Shown: positions 10,041 through 20,642 of the stretch, piece by piece
Numbering within the stretch: position 1 is the stretch's first letter
Layout: every line of letters starts with the position of its first letter
NCBI GenBank assembly: GCA_963776245.1
Contig: CAVZLN010000004.1
Span: 275,449-339,448 of the forward strand
From: Candidatus Eiseniibacteriota bacterium
GTDB lineage: Bacteria; Eisenbacteria; RBG-16-71-46
Direction of reading: 5' to 3'
DNA: 64,000 bases
Notes under the pieces: generated by a model
Database searches by the model: none
The model's input: the letters and a program-made list of their open reading frames with translations, nothing else
What the model was told of the DNA's origin: nothing
Position numbers and translations under genes: made by a program

Positions 10041-10526
10041 TCAGGCCATGCCGGTGTGGCCGAACCCACCGGCGCCGCGCGCGGTGGGTGAGAGATCGTC
10101 GACCTCGTCCCAGGCCACCCGCGGCACCCGGGCCAGCACCATCTGTGCGATGCGCATGCCGTGCGCGATCTCGAAGCGCTCGGTGCCGTGGTGGATGAGC
10201 GCCACGATGATCTCGCCCCGGTAGTCGGAATCGATGGTGGCCGGGCTGTTCGCCAGCGTGATGCCGTGGCGCGTGGCGAGCCCCGATCGCGGGCGCAACT
10301 GCACCTCGTACCCGGGTGGCACCTCGATGGCGAGCCCGGTGGGGACGCGCGCGATCCCGCCGGGCGCGAGCTCGAGCGGAGCCGCGAGCGCCGCGCGCAC
10401 GTCCATGCCCGCGGCCCCTTCGGACTCGTAGACCGGCAACGGCAGTCCCTGGGCGTGCGGCAGGCGGCGGATGCGCAGTCGCATCAGCGTGCTCTCGGTG
10501 GCCGGCGTGGTTCGATCGGGCATCAT
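10041..10526 (-). CDS. dut: dUTP diphosphatase
   Basis: [35 protein letters not shown]; start 10526 or 10484. Confidence 0.96.
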   Translation of the reverse strand: MMPDRTTPATESTLMRLRIRRLPHAQGLPLPVYESEGAAGMDVRAALAAPLELAPGGIARVPTGLAIEVPPGYEVQLRPRSGLATRHGITLANSPATIDSDYRGEIIVALIHHGTERFEIAHGMRIAQMVLARVPRVAWDEVDDLSPTARGAGGFGHTGMA

Positions 10527-10740
10527 GCCGCGCACCGTACCAGCCGGGGCGTCCGTGCTCCAGTCCGTCGTCGCGGCCCGGCCTCGCAAGCGCGCGGGGC
10601 AATGCCGGTGCCCCAGCGCTCGATCCGAGGGCGCGTCCGGCGGGGGCGACCGGTCCGCCCCGCTTGAGCGCGGCGCGGGCCTGACGCACACTGCACCTCT
10701 CACGAGCCGTGCGACGCCGCGCTCATCCAGGAGGCCCGAG

Positions 10741-11196
10741 ATGGCGAAGATCCTCACGACCGAGGCCGAGCTCGGCGCCGTGGTGCGCGCGATGCGCTCC
10801 GTGGCGGTGGTGGGCATGAAGGACGAATCGCGCGCGAGCGAGCCCGCGCACTCCATCCCGCTCCTGCTCCACGAGCGCGGCGTGCGCGTGATCCCCGTGA
10901 ATCCTGCCATCCGCGCGGCCCTCGGCGAACCGAGCCGCGCATCCCTCGCCGCCGTGGGTGAACGCGTGGACGTGGTGGACGTGTTCCGTCGCAGCGACGC
11001 GATCGGCGAGGTGGCCGACCAGGTGCTCGCGCTGCCGGCCGGGCAGCGGCCGGGCGTGGTGTGGATGCAGACCGGCATCCGCAACGAGGAAGCCGCGGCG
11101 CGGCTGGTGGCGGCCGGCATCGACGTGGTGATGGACGCCTGCCTCGGCGTGCTCGCGACGCGTTACCTCGGAAAGCCGGAGCCGCCCCCGGCATGA
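10741..11196 (+). CDS. CoA-binding protein (YccU-like)
   Basis: [34 protein letters not shown]. Confidence 0.9.
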   Translation: MAKILTTEAELGAVVRAMRSVAVVGMKDESRASEPAHSIPLLLHERGVRVIPVNPAIRAALGEPSRASLAAVGERVDVVDVFRRSDAIGEVADQVLALPAGQRPGVVWMQTGIRNEEAAARLVAAGIDVVMDACLGVLATRYLGKPEPPPA

Positions 11197-11317
11197 CGCC
11201 GTCCCCGCTCCGACCGGATCACGTGGGCGAGCCGTGCCCGGCTCATCCGTGGTCGTGAGGTCGCCCTCGGGGCGAAGGCCCGCCCGGCTGCGGCCCGCCC
11301 CTGACCGGTTCGGCCGG

Positions 11318-12445
11318 ATGGCGCGCACGTTCGCCTTCGGACTGCTCACGGCCGGGCTCCTGGGTGCTCCGCGCTCCGCGGGGGCGCAGGCCGCGGCCGA
11401 CTCGTCGTCGTCCCCCGCTCGAACGTCGCCCGCGGCCGCCGACCATGGCCCATGGTTCTACCGTGGGCTGCCCTACGGGAGCGAGTCCCAGGTGAACCCG
11501 CTCCAGCTGATCGTGAACGGCGGGTTCGGCATCCTCCAGTTCGACGATCAGGACGCGCGCCTCGGGGACGTGAAGTTCCGCGCAGGCTGGCATCGGGTGA
11601 CCAGCGACATGCTCCACCCGGTGAGGGCGATCGAGGTCGCCGGATGGAACGACTTCCTGCTGCGCGAAGTGATCCCCGTCAGCCTCAGCAAGCGGGGCGC
11701 GCAGTACTGGCCCAACTACACCCTGCATCTGATCGGCGGGGGGATGAGCTACACCATGATGAGCGAGTGGTTCGAGCAGCGAGGGTACGCCGGTCCGAAG
11801 TGGTGGGCGGGTGGGACGCTCGCCGTCTACCACGGCCTGAACGAGGTGGTCGAGAACTCCGAGGCCGCCGGTCCCAACACCGACGCCATCGCCGACCTCT
11901 ACATCTTCGATCCGGCGGCGGTCCTGCTGTTCAGCCACGAGGGCGTCAACCGCTTCTTCAGCCGCAGGCTCCACCTGCGCGACTGGTCCAACCAGCCGGC
12001 CATCGGCCTGCAGCGGGGCACCATCGAGAACCAGGGTCAGAACTTCTCGATCAAGCTGCCGGTGCCGCGCACCGAGCACTGGAGCGTCCTCTACTACTTC
12101 GGCAATCACGGCCAGGGCGGGCTCACGTACACCCGCGAGGATGGCTCCGCGTTCTCGGCGGCCGTCGGCATGCGGGCGCGGAAGCTGGTGGACGTGGGCC
12201 ACAACGAACACACCGTCGACCTGGTGCCCTCGTACGGCCTCTTCTACGATCGCAACGGCTCCCTGCTGTTCTCGCTGGTCGGCGCCCGGACGACCCGCTA
12301 CAAGCTGCGTCTGAACGCGTACCCCGGGCTGCTGGGTTTCCGCGGCGTCACGGTCGGGCTGTTCGCGCTGTGGAACCAGGACGGCAAGGCGATCTTCGGC
12401 ATCGACCTGCCCTGGCTGCCCGTCGGGGCCGCGGTGCGACCGTGA
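11318..12445 (+). CDS. hypothetical exported/outer-membrane protein
   Basis: Signal peptide, aromatic-rich body with beta-strand-like C-terminus; composition unlike shadow ORFs. Confidence 0.7.
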   Translation: MARTFAFGLLTAGLLGAPRSAGAQAAADSSSSPARTSPAAADHGPWFYRGLPYGSESQVNPLQLIVNGGFGILQFDDQDARLGDVKFRAGWHRVTSDMLHPVRAIEVAGWNDFLLREVIPVSLSKRGAQYWPNYTLHLIGGGMSYTMMSEWFEQRGYAGPKWWAGGTLAVYHGLNEVVENSEAAGPNTDAIADLYIFDPAAVLLFSHEGVNRFFSRRLHLRDWSNQPAIGLQRGTIENQGQNFSIKLPVPRTEHWSVLYYFGNHGQGGLTYTREDGSAFSAAVGMRARKLVDVGHNEHTVDLVPSYGLFYDRNGSLLFSLVGARTTRYKLRLNAYPGLLGFRGVTVGLFALWNQDGKAIFGIDLPWLPVGAAVRP

Positions 12446-12549
12446 TCGCCACCGAGAACACCGTGTGCTGCTATCCTGCGGACCCGCAGGGGACCGTCCA
12501 CCGGCTGCGCCGCCATTGAGCCGGGCCACCCACCCGGAGGAATGGAACC

Positions 12550-13140
12550 ATGAAGCCCGTGATCCGAATCGTACTGATCGTCCTCGTGGCAATGCTGGCG
12601 TTCGTCCAGTCGCGGCCGTCCCACTTCCGGGTCGAGCGCACCGCCGTCATCGGCGCCCCGGCCGAGGTCGTGTTCGCGAAGATCGACGACTTCCACCAGT
12701 GGGCGGGCTGGTCGCCGTGGGAGAAGCTGGACCCCGCGATGAAGCGGGTGTACGGCGACATCCCCGCGGGCACCGGCGCCACCTATCACTGGACCGGCAA
12801 CGACAAGGTGGGCGAGGGCAACATGGCGATCACCGATTCGCGGCCCGGGGAGCTCGTGGTGATCGCCCTCGAGTTCATCAAGCCCTTCAAGGCCTCGAAC
12901 GTCACCACGTTCGCGCTCGCGACCGAGGCGTCCGGCACGCGGGTGACGTGGTCGATGGACGGCACGCACGACCTGATGGGCAAGGCCATGAGCATCTTCA
13001 TGAACATGGACAAGATGGTGGGCGGCGATTTCGAGAAGGGCCTCGCCAACCTGAAGGCGCTGGCCGAGGCGGACGCGCAGCGCCCCGCGGAGGTCGCGAC
13101 GCCTGCGCTCACGGGCGAGCCCGGACCGCCGGCCCGCTAG
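12550..13140 (+). CDS. SRPBCC (polyketide cyclase/START) family protein
   Basis: FRVER, WSPW, VGEG, LEFIKPF, MDKMVGGDFEKGL. Confidence 0.9.
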   Translation: MKPVIRIVLIVLVAMLAFVQSRPSHFRVERTAVIGAPAEVVFAKIDDFHQWAGWSPWEKLDPAMKRVYGDIPAGTGATYHWTGNDKVGEGNMAITDSRPGELVVIALEFIKPFKASNVTTFALATEASGTRVTWSMDGTHDLMGKAMSIFMNMDKMVGGDFEKGLANLKALAEADAQRPAEVATPALTGEPGPPAR

Positions 13141-13161
13141 CGTCAGGGCCGCCCACAGCCG

Positions 13162-13698
13162 CTAGTAGATGTTGCGCGACACCAGGTCCCGCCGATCGGC
13201 GGGGTCCCTGAGCACTTCCAGGATCACCTCGATGTAGAGCGCGGGGAAGATGAACGCGAGGTACTTCTCCCAGTGCCGCGGAGCCCGGTTCGCGAGGAAG
13301 GCGAGCCCCAGCGCCCGGTAGAGGTCCGTGAACCAGAGCTTGTGCCGCCGGATCCTGAACAGGCCCGAATTCTGGAGCACGTGGAAGGTTATCCAGCCGA
13401 GGTGGTGGAGGTGCTCGAGGTCCCCGTACGAGAGCTGGGAGCTGTAGTGCGGGGTGATGATCCGGATGGTGGCACCCGGCTTCGCGATGCGGTGCACCTC
13501 GTTCATGAGGCGGAGCGGCCGCTCGACGTGCTCGATCACGTGGGACATCTCGATGTGGTCGAAGGTGTCCTCCTCGAACGGATACGGATACTCGTCGAGG
13601 TCGTGCACGACATCCACGTGGGGCGCCGGCCGGATGTCGAGACCGACCGAGCCGGGCAGCTTGGTGTGCGGCCCGCATCCGAGATCGAGCGTCTTCAT
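13162..13698 (-). CDS. class I SAM-dependent methyltransferase
   Basis: LDLGCG, YPFEEDTFD, HVIEH, EVHRIAKPG. Confidence 0.9.
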   Translation of the reverse strand: MKTLDLGCGPHTKLPGSVGLDIRPAPHVDVVHDLDEYPYPFEEDTFDHIEMSHVIEHVERPLRLMNEVHRIAKPGATIRIITPHYSSQLSYGDLEHLHHLGWITFHVLQNSGLFRIRRHKLWFTDLYRALGLAFLANRAPRHWEKYLAFIFPALYIEVILEVLRDPADRRDLVSRNIY

Positions 13699-13923
13699 GG
13701 GCTCCCTGCCTCCGGGTCCGGAACGGCCCGGGCCGCCATGCTGGCCCGATGGACGGCCGCCAACGTAGACCGGACCGCGACCGACTGTCGAGTGCGCGGT
13801 CGGGATCGGGGTGGGAGAGCGGGGCCCCGCGAGGTCGCCGACGCGGTCGTGCCTTGCGGGGGACACCGACCCCGGAGCATGCTGCGCGGGCGAATCCCGC
13901 GCTCCACTCCATCCGGAGGTCCC

Positions 13924-15585
13924 ATGCCATCCGCCATCCGACCGCTCGTCGCGTGCCTGCTCGTCGTCCTCGGCCTCGCCGCCCACTCAGCGACCGCGGT
14001 CCACGCGGCGGCATCCCCGGACGCCGAGGAGCGGATCCGCGCCGCCGGGCTGCGCGGCGACATCGCGGCGCTCGCCGCGGACTCCACCGGCGGCCGCGCG
14101 CCCGGCACGCCCGGCGATCGCATGGCTCGCCGCTACCTGATCCGCCGGCTGCAGGAGATCGGATTCCAGCCCGGCGGCGCCGGCGGCGCGTGGGAGCAGC
14201 CCATCACGTTCGTGGGCCTGACGGTGAAGAACCTGGATCGCTGGCGGTTCACCGGGCCCTCCGGCGAGGCCGTGTTCCAGTGGGGTGACGAGGTCATCGG
14301 CGGGAGCGGGGTGCAGGCCCCGCGGGTCTCCATCCAGGACGCCGAGGTGGTGTTCGCCGGCTACGGGATCCAGGCGCCCGAATACCAGTGGGACGACTTC
14401 AAGGGCGCCGACCTCAGGGGCCGCATCCTGCTGGTCCTGAACAACGACCCCGACTGGGACCCCGCGCTCTTCGCCGGCACGAAGCGGCTCTACTACGGTC
14501 GCTGGGACTACAAGTACGAGGCGGCCGCGCGCCAGGGAGCGGCTGGTGTGATCATCCTGCACACGGAGGAGTCCGCGGGCTACGGTTGGAACGTGGTGCA
14601 ACGCTCGTGGTCCGGCACCCAGTTCGAGCTCCCGGCGGGGGACGAGCCCCGCCTCGAGTTCAAGAGCTGGCTGACCGAACCGGCCGTCCGCCGGCTCTGC
14701 GCGCTGGGCGGGAAGGATCTGGACTCGCTCATCGCCCGGGCGCACCGCCGCGACTTCGCGCCGATCCCGCTGGGGGTCAGGACCTCGCTTTCCTTCGACG
14801 TCGGGCTGGAGCAGACCGCGACCGCCAACGTGGTGGGCGTCCTGCCGGGGAGCGACCGACGGCTGCGCGACGAGGCGGTGATGTACTCCGCCCACCACGA
14901 CCATCTCGGCATCGGGGCTCCCGACTCCACCGGTGACCGGATCCACAACGGCGCGGTGGACAACGCCTCGGGGTGCGCGCAGGTGCTGGCGATCGCCGAG
15001 GCCTTCGCCGCGACGCGGCCGGCCCCGCGCCGCAGCGTGGTCGCCCTGTTCGTCGCCGGGGAGGAGCAGGGGCTGCTGGGCTCGAAGTACTTCGCGGCCC
15101 ATCCGACCCTTCCGCCCGCCCGCATCGCGGCCGAGATCAACATCGATGGCGGCAACGTCCTCGGCCGCACCTCGGACGTCGCCGTGATCGGCAAGGGCAA
15201 GTCGGATCTCGAGGACCGTCTGGTGGTCGCGGCCCGGGGACAGGGGCGCACGGTGGTGGACGACCCCGAGCCCGACAAGGGCTTCTACTACCGCTCGGAC
15301 CAGCTGAGTCTCGCCCGCATCGGCGTGCCGTCGCTCTACTTCAAGTCCGGTCAGAGCTATATCGGCCGCCCCGTCGGCTGGGGGAAGGAGAAGGAAGCCG
15401 AGTATCGGCGACTGCACTACCACCAGCCCAGCGACGAGATCCGCCCGGACTGGGACTACTCGGGGATGATCGAGGACGCGCGCCTGGCGTACCGGGTCGG
15501 ACTCGACGTCGCGAACGGCGCGCGCCTGCCCGCGTGGTATCCCGGCGACGAGTTCGAGGCGGCGCGACTCAAGAGTCGTCGATAG
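13924..15585 (+). CDS. M28 family metallopeptidase with PA domain
   Basis: Signal peptide, VVFAGYGI, SAHHDH, NGAVDNASG, GEEQGLLGS, YRSDQ, YHQPSD. Confidence 0.93.
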   Translation: MPSAIRPLVACLLVVLGLAAHSATAVHAAASPDAEERIRAAGLRGDIAALAADSTGGRAPGTPGDRMARRYLIRRLQEIGFQPGGAGGAWEQPITFVGLTVKNLDRWRFTGPSGEAVFQWGDEVIGGSGVQAPRVSIQDAEVVFAGYGIQAPEYQWDDFKGADLRGRILLVLNNDPDWDPALFAGTKRLYYGRWDYKYEAAARQGAAGVIILHTEESAGYGWNVVQRSWSGTQFELPAGDEPRLEFKSWLTEPAVRRLCALGGKDLDSLIARAHRRDFAPIPLGVRTSLSFDVGLEQTATANVVGVLPGSDRRLRDEAVMYSAHHDHLGIGAPDSTGDRIHNGAVDNASGCAQVLAIAEAFAATRPAPRRSVVALFVAGEEQGLLGSKYFAAHPTLPPARIAAEINIDGGNVLGRTSDVAVIGKGKSDLEDRLVVAARGQGRTVVDDPEPDKGFYYRSDQLSLARIGVPSLYFKSGQSYIGRPVGWGKEKEAEYRRLHYHQPSDEIRPDWDYSGMIEDARLAYRVGLDVANGARLPAWYPGDEFEAARLKSRR

Positions 15586-15631
15586 CGGCGCCCCCGCGCG
15601 GCGTGCGTCCGCCGCTGCCGGGGGAGCGCGC

Positions 15632-17338
15632 TCACGGGGCCGGAGCCGGCGCGCTCTCGCGGCGCGCCATCTCCTGCGCGCGCAGCTCGCGGCGCAGGAT
15701 CTTGAGCACCGAGCTCCTCGGGAGCTCGGTGCGGAACTCGATCTCCCTCGGCAGCTTGAAGGAGGCGAGGCTGGCCCGGCAATGCCCGAGCAGCTCATCG
15801 GCGGTCGCCTGCGCTCCCGGCCGCAGCACCACGAACGACTTCACGCGCTCCCCGCAGCGCGGATCGGGAAGGCCGATGGTCGCGGATTCCAGCACCGCCG
15901 GGTGCGCCGCGAGCACCCCGTCCACCTCGTCCGGGTACACGTTGTATCCCGAGACCAGGATCATCTCCTTCTTCCGGCCCGAGATGAAGAAGTACCCCTC
16001 GTCGTCCATGTGGGCGATGTCGCCGGTGTAGAGCCAGCCGCCGCGGATCATCTGCGAGGTCTCGTCCGGGCGGTTCCAGTAGCCCTGCATGACCTGGGGG
16101 CCCCACACCACCAGTTCGCCGTCCTCGCCCGCGGGCAGGTCGCGGGTGCCGGTCTCGAGATCGACGATCCTCGCGTCGGTCCCCACGAACGGCACGCCGA
16201 TGCTCCCGACCTTGCGCTTCGTGCGCAGCGGGTTCACGTGGGTGATGGGCGAGGTCTCGGTGAGTCCGAAGCCCTCGACGATCCGTGCGCCGGTCAGCGC
16301 CTCGAACCGCTCGAGCACGTCCGCCGGCAGCGGCGCCGAGCCCGAGAAGCACGACTTCACGCACGAGAGGTCGAGCCGCTTGATCCGCGGGTCGTTGTTG
16401 ATGGCGTTGAACATCGCCGGGACGCCCATGAACAGCGTGACGCGCCGCTTCACGACCGCCTGCACGAGCGCGGGGAAGTCGCGGGGGTTGGGCACGATCA
16501 CCATCGTGCACCCGGCCCACAGCGGGAAGTTCATCGTCACCGTCATGCCGAAGACGTGGAAGAACGGAAGCGCCGACAGGATGACCTCGTCGGAGAACTC
16601 CTCGAGGTGGAGCCAGGCGGCGATGCCCTGCACGTTCACCGACAGATTGCGGTGCGTGAGGATGGCTCCCTTCGCCACCCCGGTCGTCCCGCCGGTGTAC
16701 TGGAGGACCGCGATGTCATCGAGGCCCACCTCGACCCGCGGGGGCGTGGCGGGTGTGCGGTCCACCAGGGCGCGGAAGAAGTGCAGGCCGGGCTCCGGCG
16801 CGACGCGCGCGATCATCGGCGGGTGGGCCTTCGCGAGCTTCAGCGGCGCGAGGCGGTTGAGCGGGAACGCGAGGTACTCGGGGATCGACGCCACGATGTA
16901 GTGCTTCACGGGCAAGGCGCCCCGGATCGCGCGGATGCGGCGCTGCCAGAGGAAGTCCATGACGATCGCCACTTCGCAGCCGGCGTCCTTCCACTGGTGC
17001 TCGATCTCGCGCTCGGTGTAGAGCGGGCTGGTCATCACCACGTGGGCACCGAGCCGCAGCACCGCGTAGTTCGCGATCACGGTCTGCGGCAGGTTGGGCA
17101 GTTGGAGGGCGACCCGGGTGCCCTTCGTGACGCCCAGCCGGGAGAGCGCCGTGGCGAGGCGGTCCACCTGGTCCTTCAATCCTCCGTACGTCATGCGCCG
17201 GTTGAGGAACCAGATCGCGGTGCGATCGCCGCCGTGACCGGCCGCACGGTCGAGGGCCTCGAGCAGCGTGCGATCGATGAAGCGGAAGTCGACGGGGATG
17301 CCCTCGTCGTAGTGATCGTGCCAGACGCGCCGTTCCAT
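15632..17338 (-). CDS. fadD: long-chain fatty acid-CoA ligase
   Basis: YTGGTTGVAKG, EGFGLTE, GPQVMQGYW, LYTGD, GRKKEMI. Confidence 0.93.
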   Translation of the reverse strand: MERRVWHDHYDEGIPVDFRFIDRTLLEALDRAAGHGGDRTAIWFLNRRMTYGGLKDQVDRLATALSRLGVTKGTRVALQLPNLPQTVIANYAVLRLGAHVVMTSPLYTEREIEHQWKDAGCEVAIVMDFLWQRRIRAIRGALPVKHYIVASIPEYLAFPLNRLAPLKLAKAHPPMIARVAPEPGLHFFRALVDRTPATPPRVEVGLDDIAVLQYTGGTTGVAKGAILTHRNLSVNVQGIAAWLHLEEFSDEVILSALPFFHVFGMTVTMNFPLWAGCTMVIVPNPRDFPALVQAVVKRRVTLFMGVPAMFNAINNDPRIKRLDLSCVKSCFSGSAPLPADVLERFEALTGARIVEGFGLTETSPITHVNPLRTKRKVGSIGVPFVGTDARIVDLETGTRDLPAGEDGELVVWGPQVMQGYWNRPDETSQMIRGGWLYTGDIAHMDDEGYFFISGRKKEMILVSGYNVYPDEVDGVLAAHPAVLESATIGLPDPRCGERVKSFVVLRPGAQATADELLGHCRASLASFKLPREIEFRTELPRSSVLKILRRELRAQEMARRESAPAPAP

Positions 17339-17596
17339 GGGGTCCTCGCGGTCAGAGACGGCCGGCTCGCCGGCAGGGGACCGGTCGCCGCGCGGAGCGG
17401 CGGGTCCCGAGGAGGCGCCAGCGTTCACGATCCGCACAGTGTACTTGACTTGCGCGCTGCCGCTATCAATTGTGTGGAGTCCGCTCACGTCACCGGGCCG
17501 ACGGGTCCATCCCGCCCGCCCGGGTGCGCGTCGCCGATCCGGAGTCCGGCACGCAGCGCCGACCGGGCGGAGGTCGATCCTCGGAGAGCCCGGATC

Positions 17597-20500
17597 ATGA
17601 TCGGTCGCACGCTGCTCCACTACGAATTCGTCTCCGAGCTCGGCGCCGGCGGCATGGGCCGCGTGTTCCTCGCGCGCGACACGCGGACCGGTCGTCGCGT
17701 GGCGGTCAAGTTCGTGGACCATGCCGATCCGGGGGCGAGGGAGCGACTGCAGCGCGAGGCGCAGGCCGCGGCGCGCCTGTCGCATCCCGGCATCGTCACG
17801 CTCTATTCGCTCGAGGACGACGGCGGCCAGCTCTTCCTGGTGCAGGAGTACGTGGAGGGTTCCACCCTGGCCGCTCGCATCGCGCGTGGCCCGCTCGGCT
17901 CCGGCGAGCTCCTGCGCCTGGCGCGCGAGGTGTCGGCGGCGCTGGCACACGCCCACCGTCACGGGGTGCTCCACCGCGACCTCAAGCCCGAGAACATCCT
18001 GATGGCCGCCGACGGGGCCTACAAGATCGCGGACTTCGGCATCGCCCGCGTTCAGGGCGCCACCCGCCTCACCAGCACCGGCGCCATCCCCGGCACGCTT
18101 CCGTATCTCGCTCCGGAGCGCTTGCGCGGAGCGGCGGGGGATGGCCGGAGCGACCTGTTCGCGCTCGGAGCGGTGCTCTACGAGGCCTTCACCGGACGCC
18201 GGGCGTTCCCCGGCGCCACCGAGGCCGAAGTGGTGTACGGCATCCTGAACGCCGACCCGCTGCCGCCCGACGCCCCGTCGGCGAGCCTGCGTCCGCTCGC
18301 CGCGCTGACCATGAAGCTCCTCGCGCGCGAGCCGGCCGAGCGCCCGGCCAGCGCGGAGGAGGTCGCGGGGCTGATCGAGGGGCTGGCGACGGTCGCGGGC
18401 GCCGCCACTCCGGGCCCCGTATCGCGGGCCTCGCGGAGGATCGCGGCGCTCGCGGTGGCGGCGGTGCTGGCGATCGGCGCGCTGGCGGGATGGTGGTTCG
18501 TCCGGCAGAGGCCGAGCGCACCCGACGAGGCGTCCGCGGTCGCGGTGGTGGCGTTCGACAACGTCGCCGACCCCGCGGATCCCTCGCGCATGGGACCGAT
18601 CACCGGCAATCTCATCGTCGCCGCGATCGCCCAGGCGCCGGGCGCGAACGTGCTCAGCACTCAGCGCGTGCTCGAGGTCCTGAGTCAGCTCGGCCGGCAA
18701 GGGGGAACGGGCCGGACGGTGGCGCTCGAGGTCGGGCGGCGGGCGCACGCCGCGCGCGTCGTCACCGGCAGCATCCTGCAGCTCGCGCCCACGATCATCA
18801 TGACCGCCGAGGTCTCGGACGTGCGATCGGGCCGGCTGCTCGCCGCCGAGCGCATCGAGGGCCGGCCGGGACAGACCGTGTTCGAGGTCGTGGATGCGCT
18901 GGGCGGAAACCTGTTGCGGCGCCTCCTTCCGGCGGGAGCCATCGGGACGCTGGCCCCGATCGCCGAGCGGACGAGTGCCGACCTCGCGGCACAGCGCGAG
19001 TACAGCGTGGGGCTCGAGCACATGGCCGCCGGCGAACTGGAGGAGGCGGAGACCGCGTTCCAGATGGCGGTGGATCGCGACTCGACCTTCGCCCAGGCCT
19101 GCTACCAGCTGGCGATCACGCACTGGTGGCTGCGCGAGATCGGCGGCGCCGCGGATGCGATGGCGCGCGCGTCCGCGCTCACGGAGCGGCTGACACCGTT
19201 CGAGCGCGAGGTCGTCGCGGGCGTCAGCGAGCTGGTGGAGCACCGATTCGACTCCGCGGCGGCCCGGTTCGCCGGTCTCATGCGGGCGCACCCGGGAGAC
19301 CGGACCCTCGGCTACGCGTACGAAGAGGCGGTCTTCCACTCCCTGCGCTACCCGGAGACGGTCGAGACGGCGCGCGCCCTGCTGGCCGCCGACCCGGGTT
19401 TCACGCTCGCCGGCATCCACCTGGTGGACGCGCTGGCGGTCGAGGGCGAACTCGGACAGGCGGAGAGCACGGCGGTCGAGCTGCTGGACCGCAGCCCGAA
19501 CAACCGGCCGCTGCGCCGCTCGCTGTTCTACGTGCGACTGCGCCGGGGCGATCTTCCGGGGGCGTTCGCGGCGGTCAGCGAGGCGCGCACTCAGGGCCAC
19601 GCCGCGTTCGGGTGGCTCCAGACCAGCATGCTGCTCGCGACGTGTGACAGCCTCGAGGCAGCGCGGGACTGGATGGTGAACGGCGCGCCGTCCGGCGCGC
19701 GCTGGGAGCGCGATCCGAGCGCGGTGGACTACTGGCACGCGCTGCGGCAGGGCCGATTCCGCGCCGCGATGGAGATCGCCCGAGAGGCGTGGATGCGGAC
19801 CCCGCGCCTCGGCTCGATCGGATCCCCGGGGGTGCCCCAGGCGGACGGGATCTCGGCCGCGGTCGGAGCGCGCGATCTCATCCGTGCGCAGGCCTTCGCC
19901 GACAGCCTGGGGACCCGGATGCTGCTGTGGCGATTGCCGAACGGCGCCCTCGTGGGACCGCTCATGTCGATCGACATCCGGCTGCGCCTCGGCCTGACGG
20001 CCGAAGCGGCTGCGCGGCTCGCCGCGCTCGAGAAGCGGCCCGGGGGCCGTGCAGAAAGCGCCCGTCGGATCATGGCTTTCGCGCGCGTCCAGTTGCTCAC
20101 CGCCCAGGGTCGCGGAGCGGAGGCGCTCGCGCTTCTGCCGCACGCCACCTGGTATGGCGACCCCGTCACGACGCTCGGCATGACGAGTCTCGAGACGGCC
20201 CGCGCCCACGTCGCCGCGGGGCGCCCCGGGATCGCGATCGGGATCCTCGACACGCTCATCCGCGCCCCGATGCTGAGTCCCGACGAGGCGGTGCGGCTGA
20301 GGTTGCTGCGCGCCCGGCTGCTCGAGAAGGTCGGACGGCCGGAGCTCGCCGTGCGGGACTACCGCGACTTCCTCGCCGACTGGAAGGACGCCGACCCCGG
20401 CCTGCCCGAAGTCGCCGAGGCGCGCGGCGCCGTGAGACGGCTCGAGGGCGGCCCCGGCCGCGCGACCCCGGGGGGATCGCGGCCGGAACGCCGAAGATAG
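17597..20500 (+). CDS. Hanks-type Ser/Thr kinase with TM, TolB-N-like and TPR domains
   Basis: LGAGGMG, VAVK, HRDLKPEN, DFG, YLAPE; VAVVAFDN; helical repeats. Confidence 0.92.
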   Translation: MIGRTLLHYEFVSELGAGGMGRVFLARDTRTGRRVAVKFVDHADPGARERLQREAQAAARLSHPGIVTLYSLEDDGGQLFLVQEYVEGSTLAARIARGPLGSGELLRLAREVSAALAHAHRHGVLHRDLKPENILMAADGAYKIADFGIARVQGATRLTSTGAIPGTLPYLAPERLRGAAGDGRSDLFALGAVLYEAFTGRRAFPGATEAEVVYGILNADPLPPDAPSASLRPLAALTMKLLAREPAERPASAEEVAGLIEGLATVAGAATPGPVSRASRRIAALAVAAVLAIGALAGWWFVRQRPSAPDEASAVAVVAFDNVADPADPSRMGPITGNLIVAAIAQAPGANVLSTQRVLEVLSQLGRQGGTGRTVALEVGRRAHAARVVTGSILQLAPTIIMTAEVSDVRSGRLLAAERIEGRPGQTVFEVVDALGGNLLRRLLPAGAIGTLAPIAERTSADLAAQREYSVGLEHMAAGELEEAETAFQMAVDRDSTFAQACYQLAITHWWLREIGGAADAMARASALTERLTPFEREVVAGVSELVEHRFDSAAARFAGLMRAHPGDRTLGYAYEEAVFHSLRYPETVETARALLAADPGFTLAGIHLVDALAVEGELGQAESTAVELLDRSPNNRPLRRSLFYVRLRRGDLPGAFAAVSEARTQGHAAFGWLQTSMLLATCDSLEAARDWMVNGAPSGARWERDPSAVDYWHALRQGRFRAAMEIAREAWMRTPRLGSIGSPGVPQADGISAAVGARDLIRAQAFADSLGTRMLLWRLPNGALVGPLMSIDIRLRLGLTAEAAARLAALEKRPGGRAESARRIMAFARVQLLTAQGRGAEALALLPHATWYGDPVTTLGMTSLETARAHVAAGRPGIAIGILDTLIRAPMLSPDEAVRLRLLRARLLEKVGRPELAVRDYRDFLADWKDADPGLPEVAEARGAVRRLEGGPGRATPGGSRPERRR

Positions 20501-20642
20501 CCGCGACGCCGGGCGAGTCCTCCGCGGACCGTGCCGCACCCGACATCGCCCGTTCGCCCAGCCCGTCCTTGCCCGCGGCCACGGCGGCGTGCTACACGGG
20601 AGCGTCCGACGGACTCGTCGTCCCACCCTGGCGGCCCAGCGC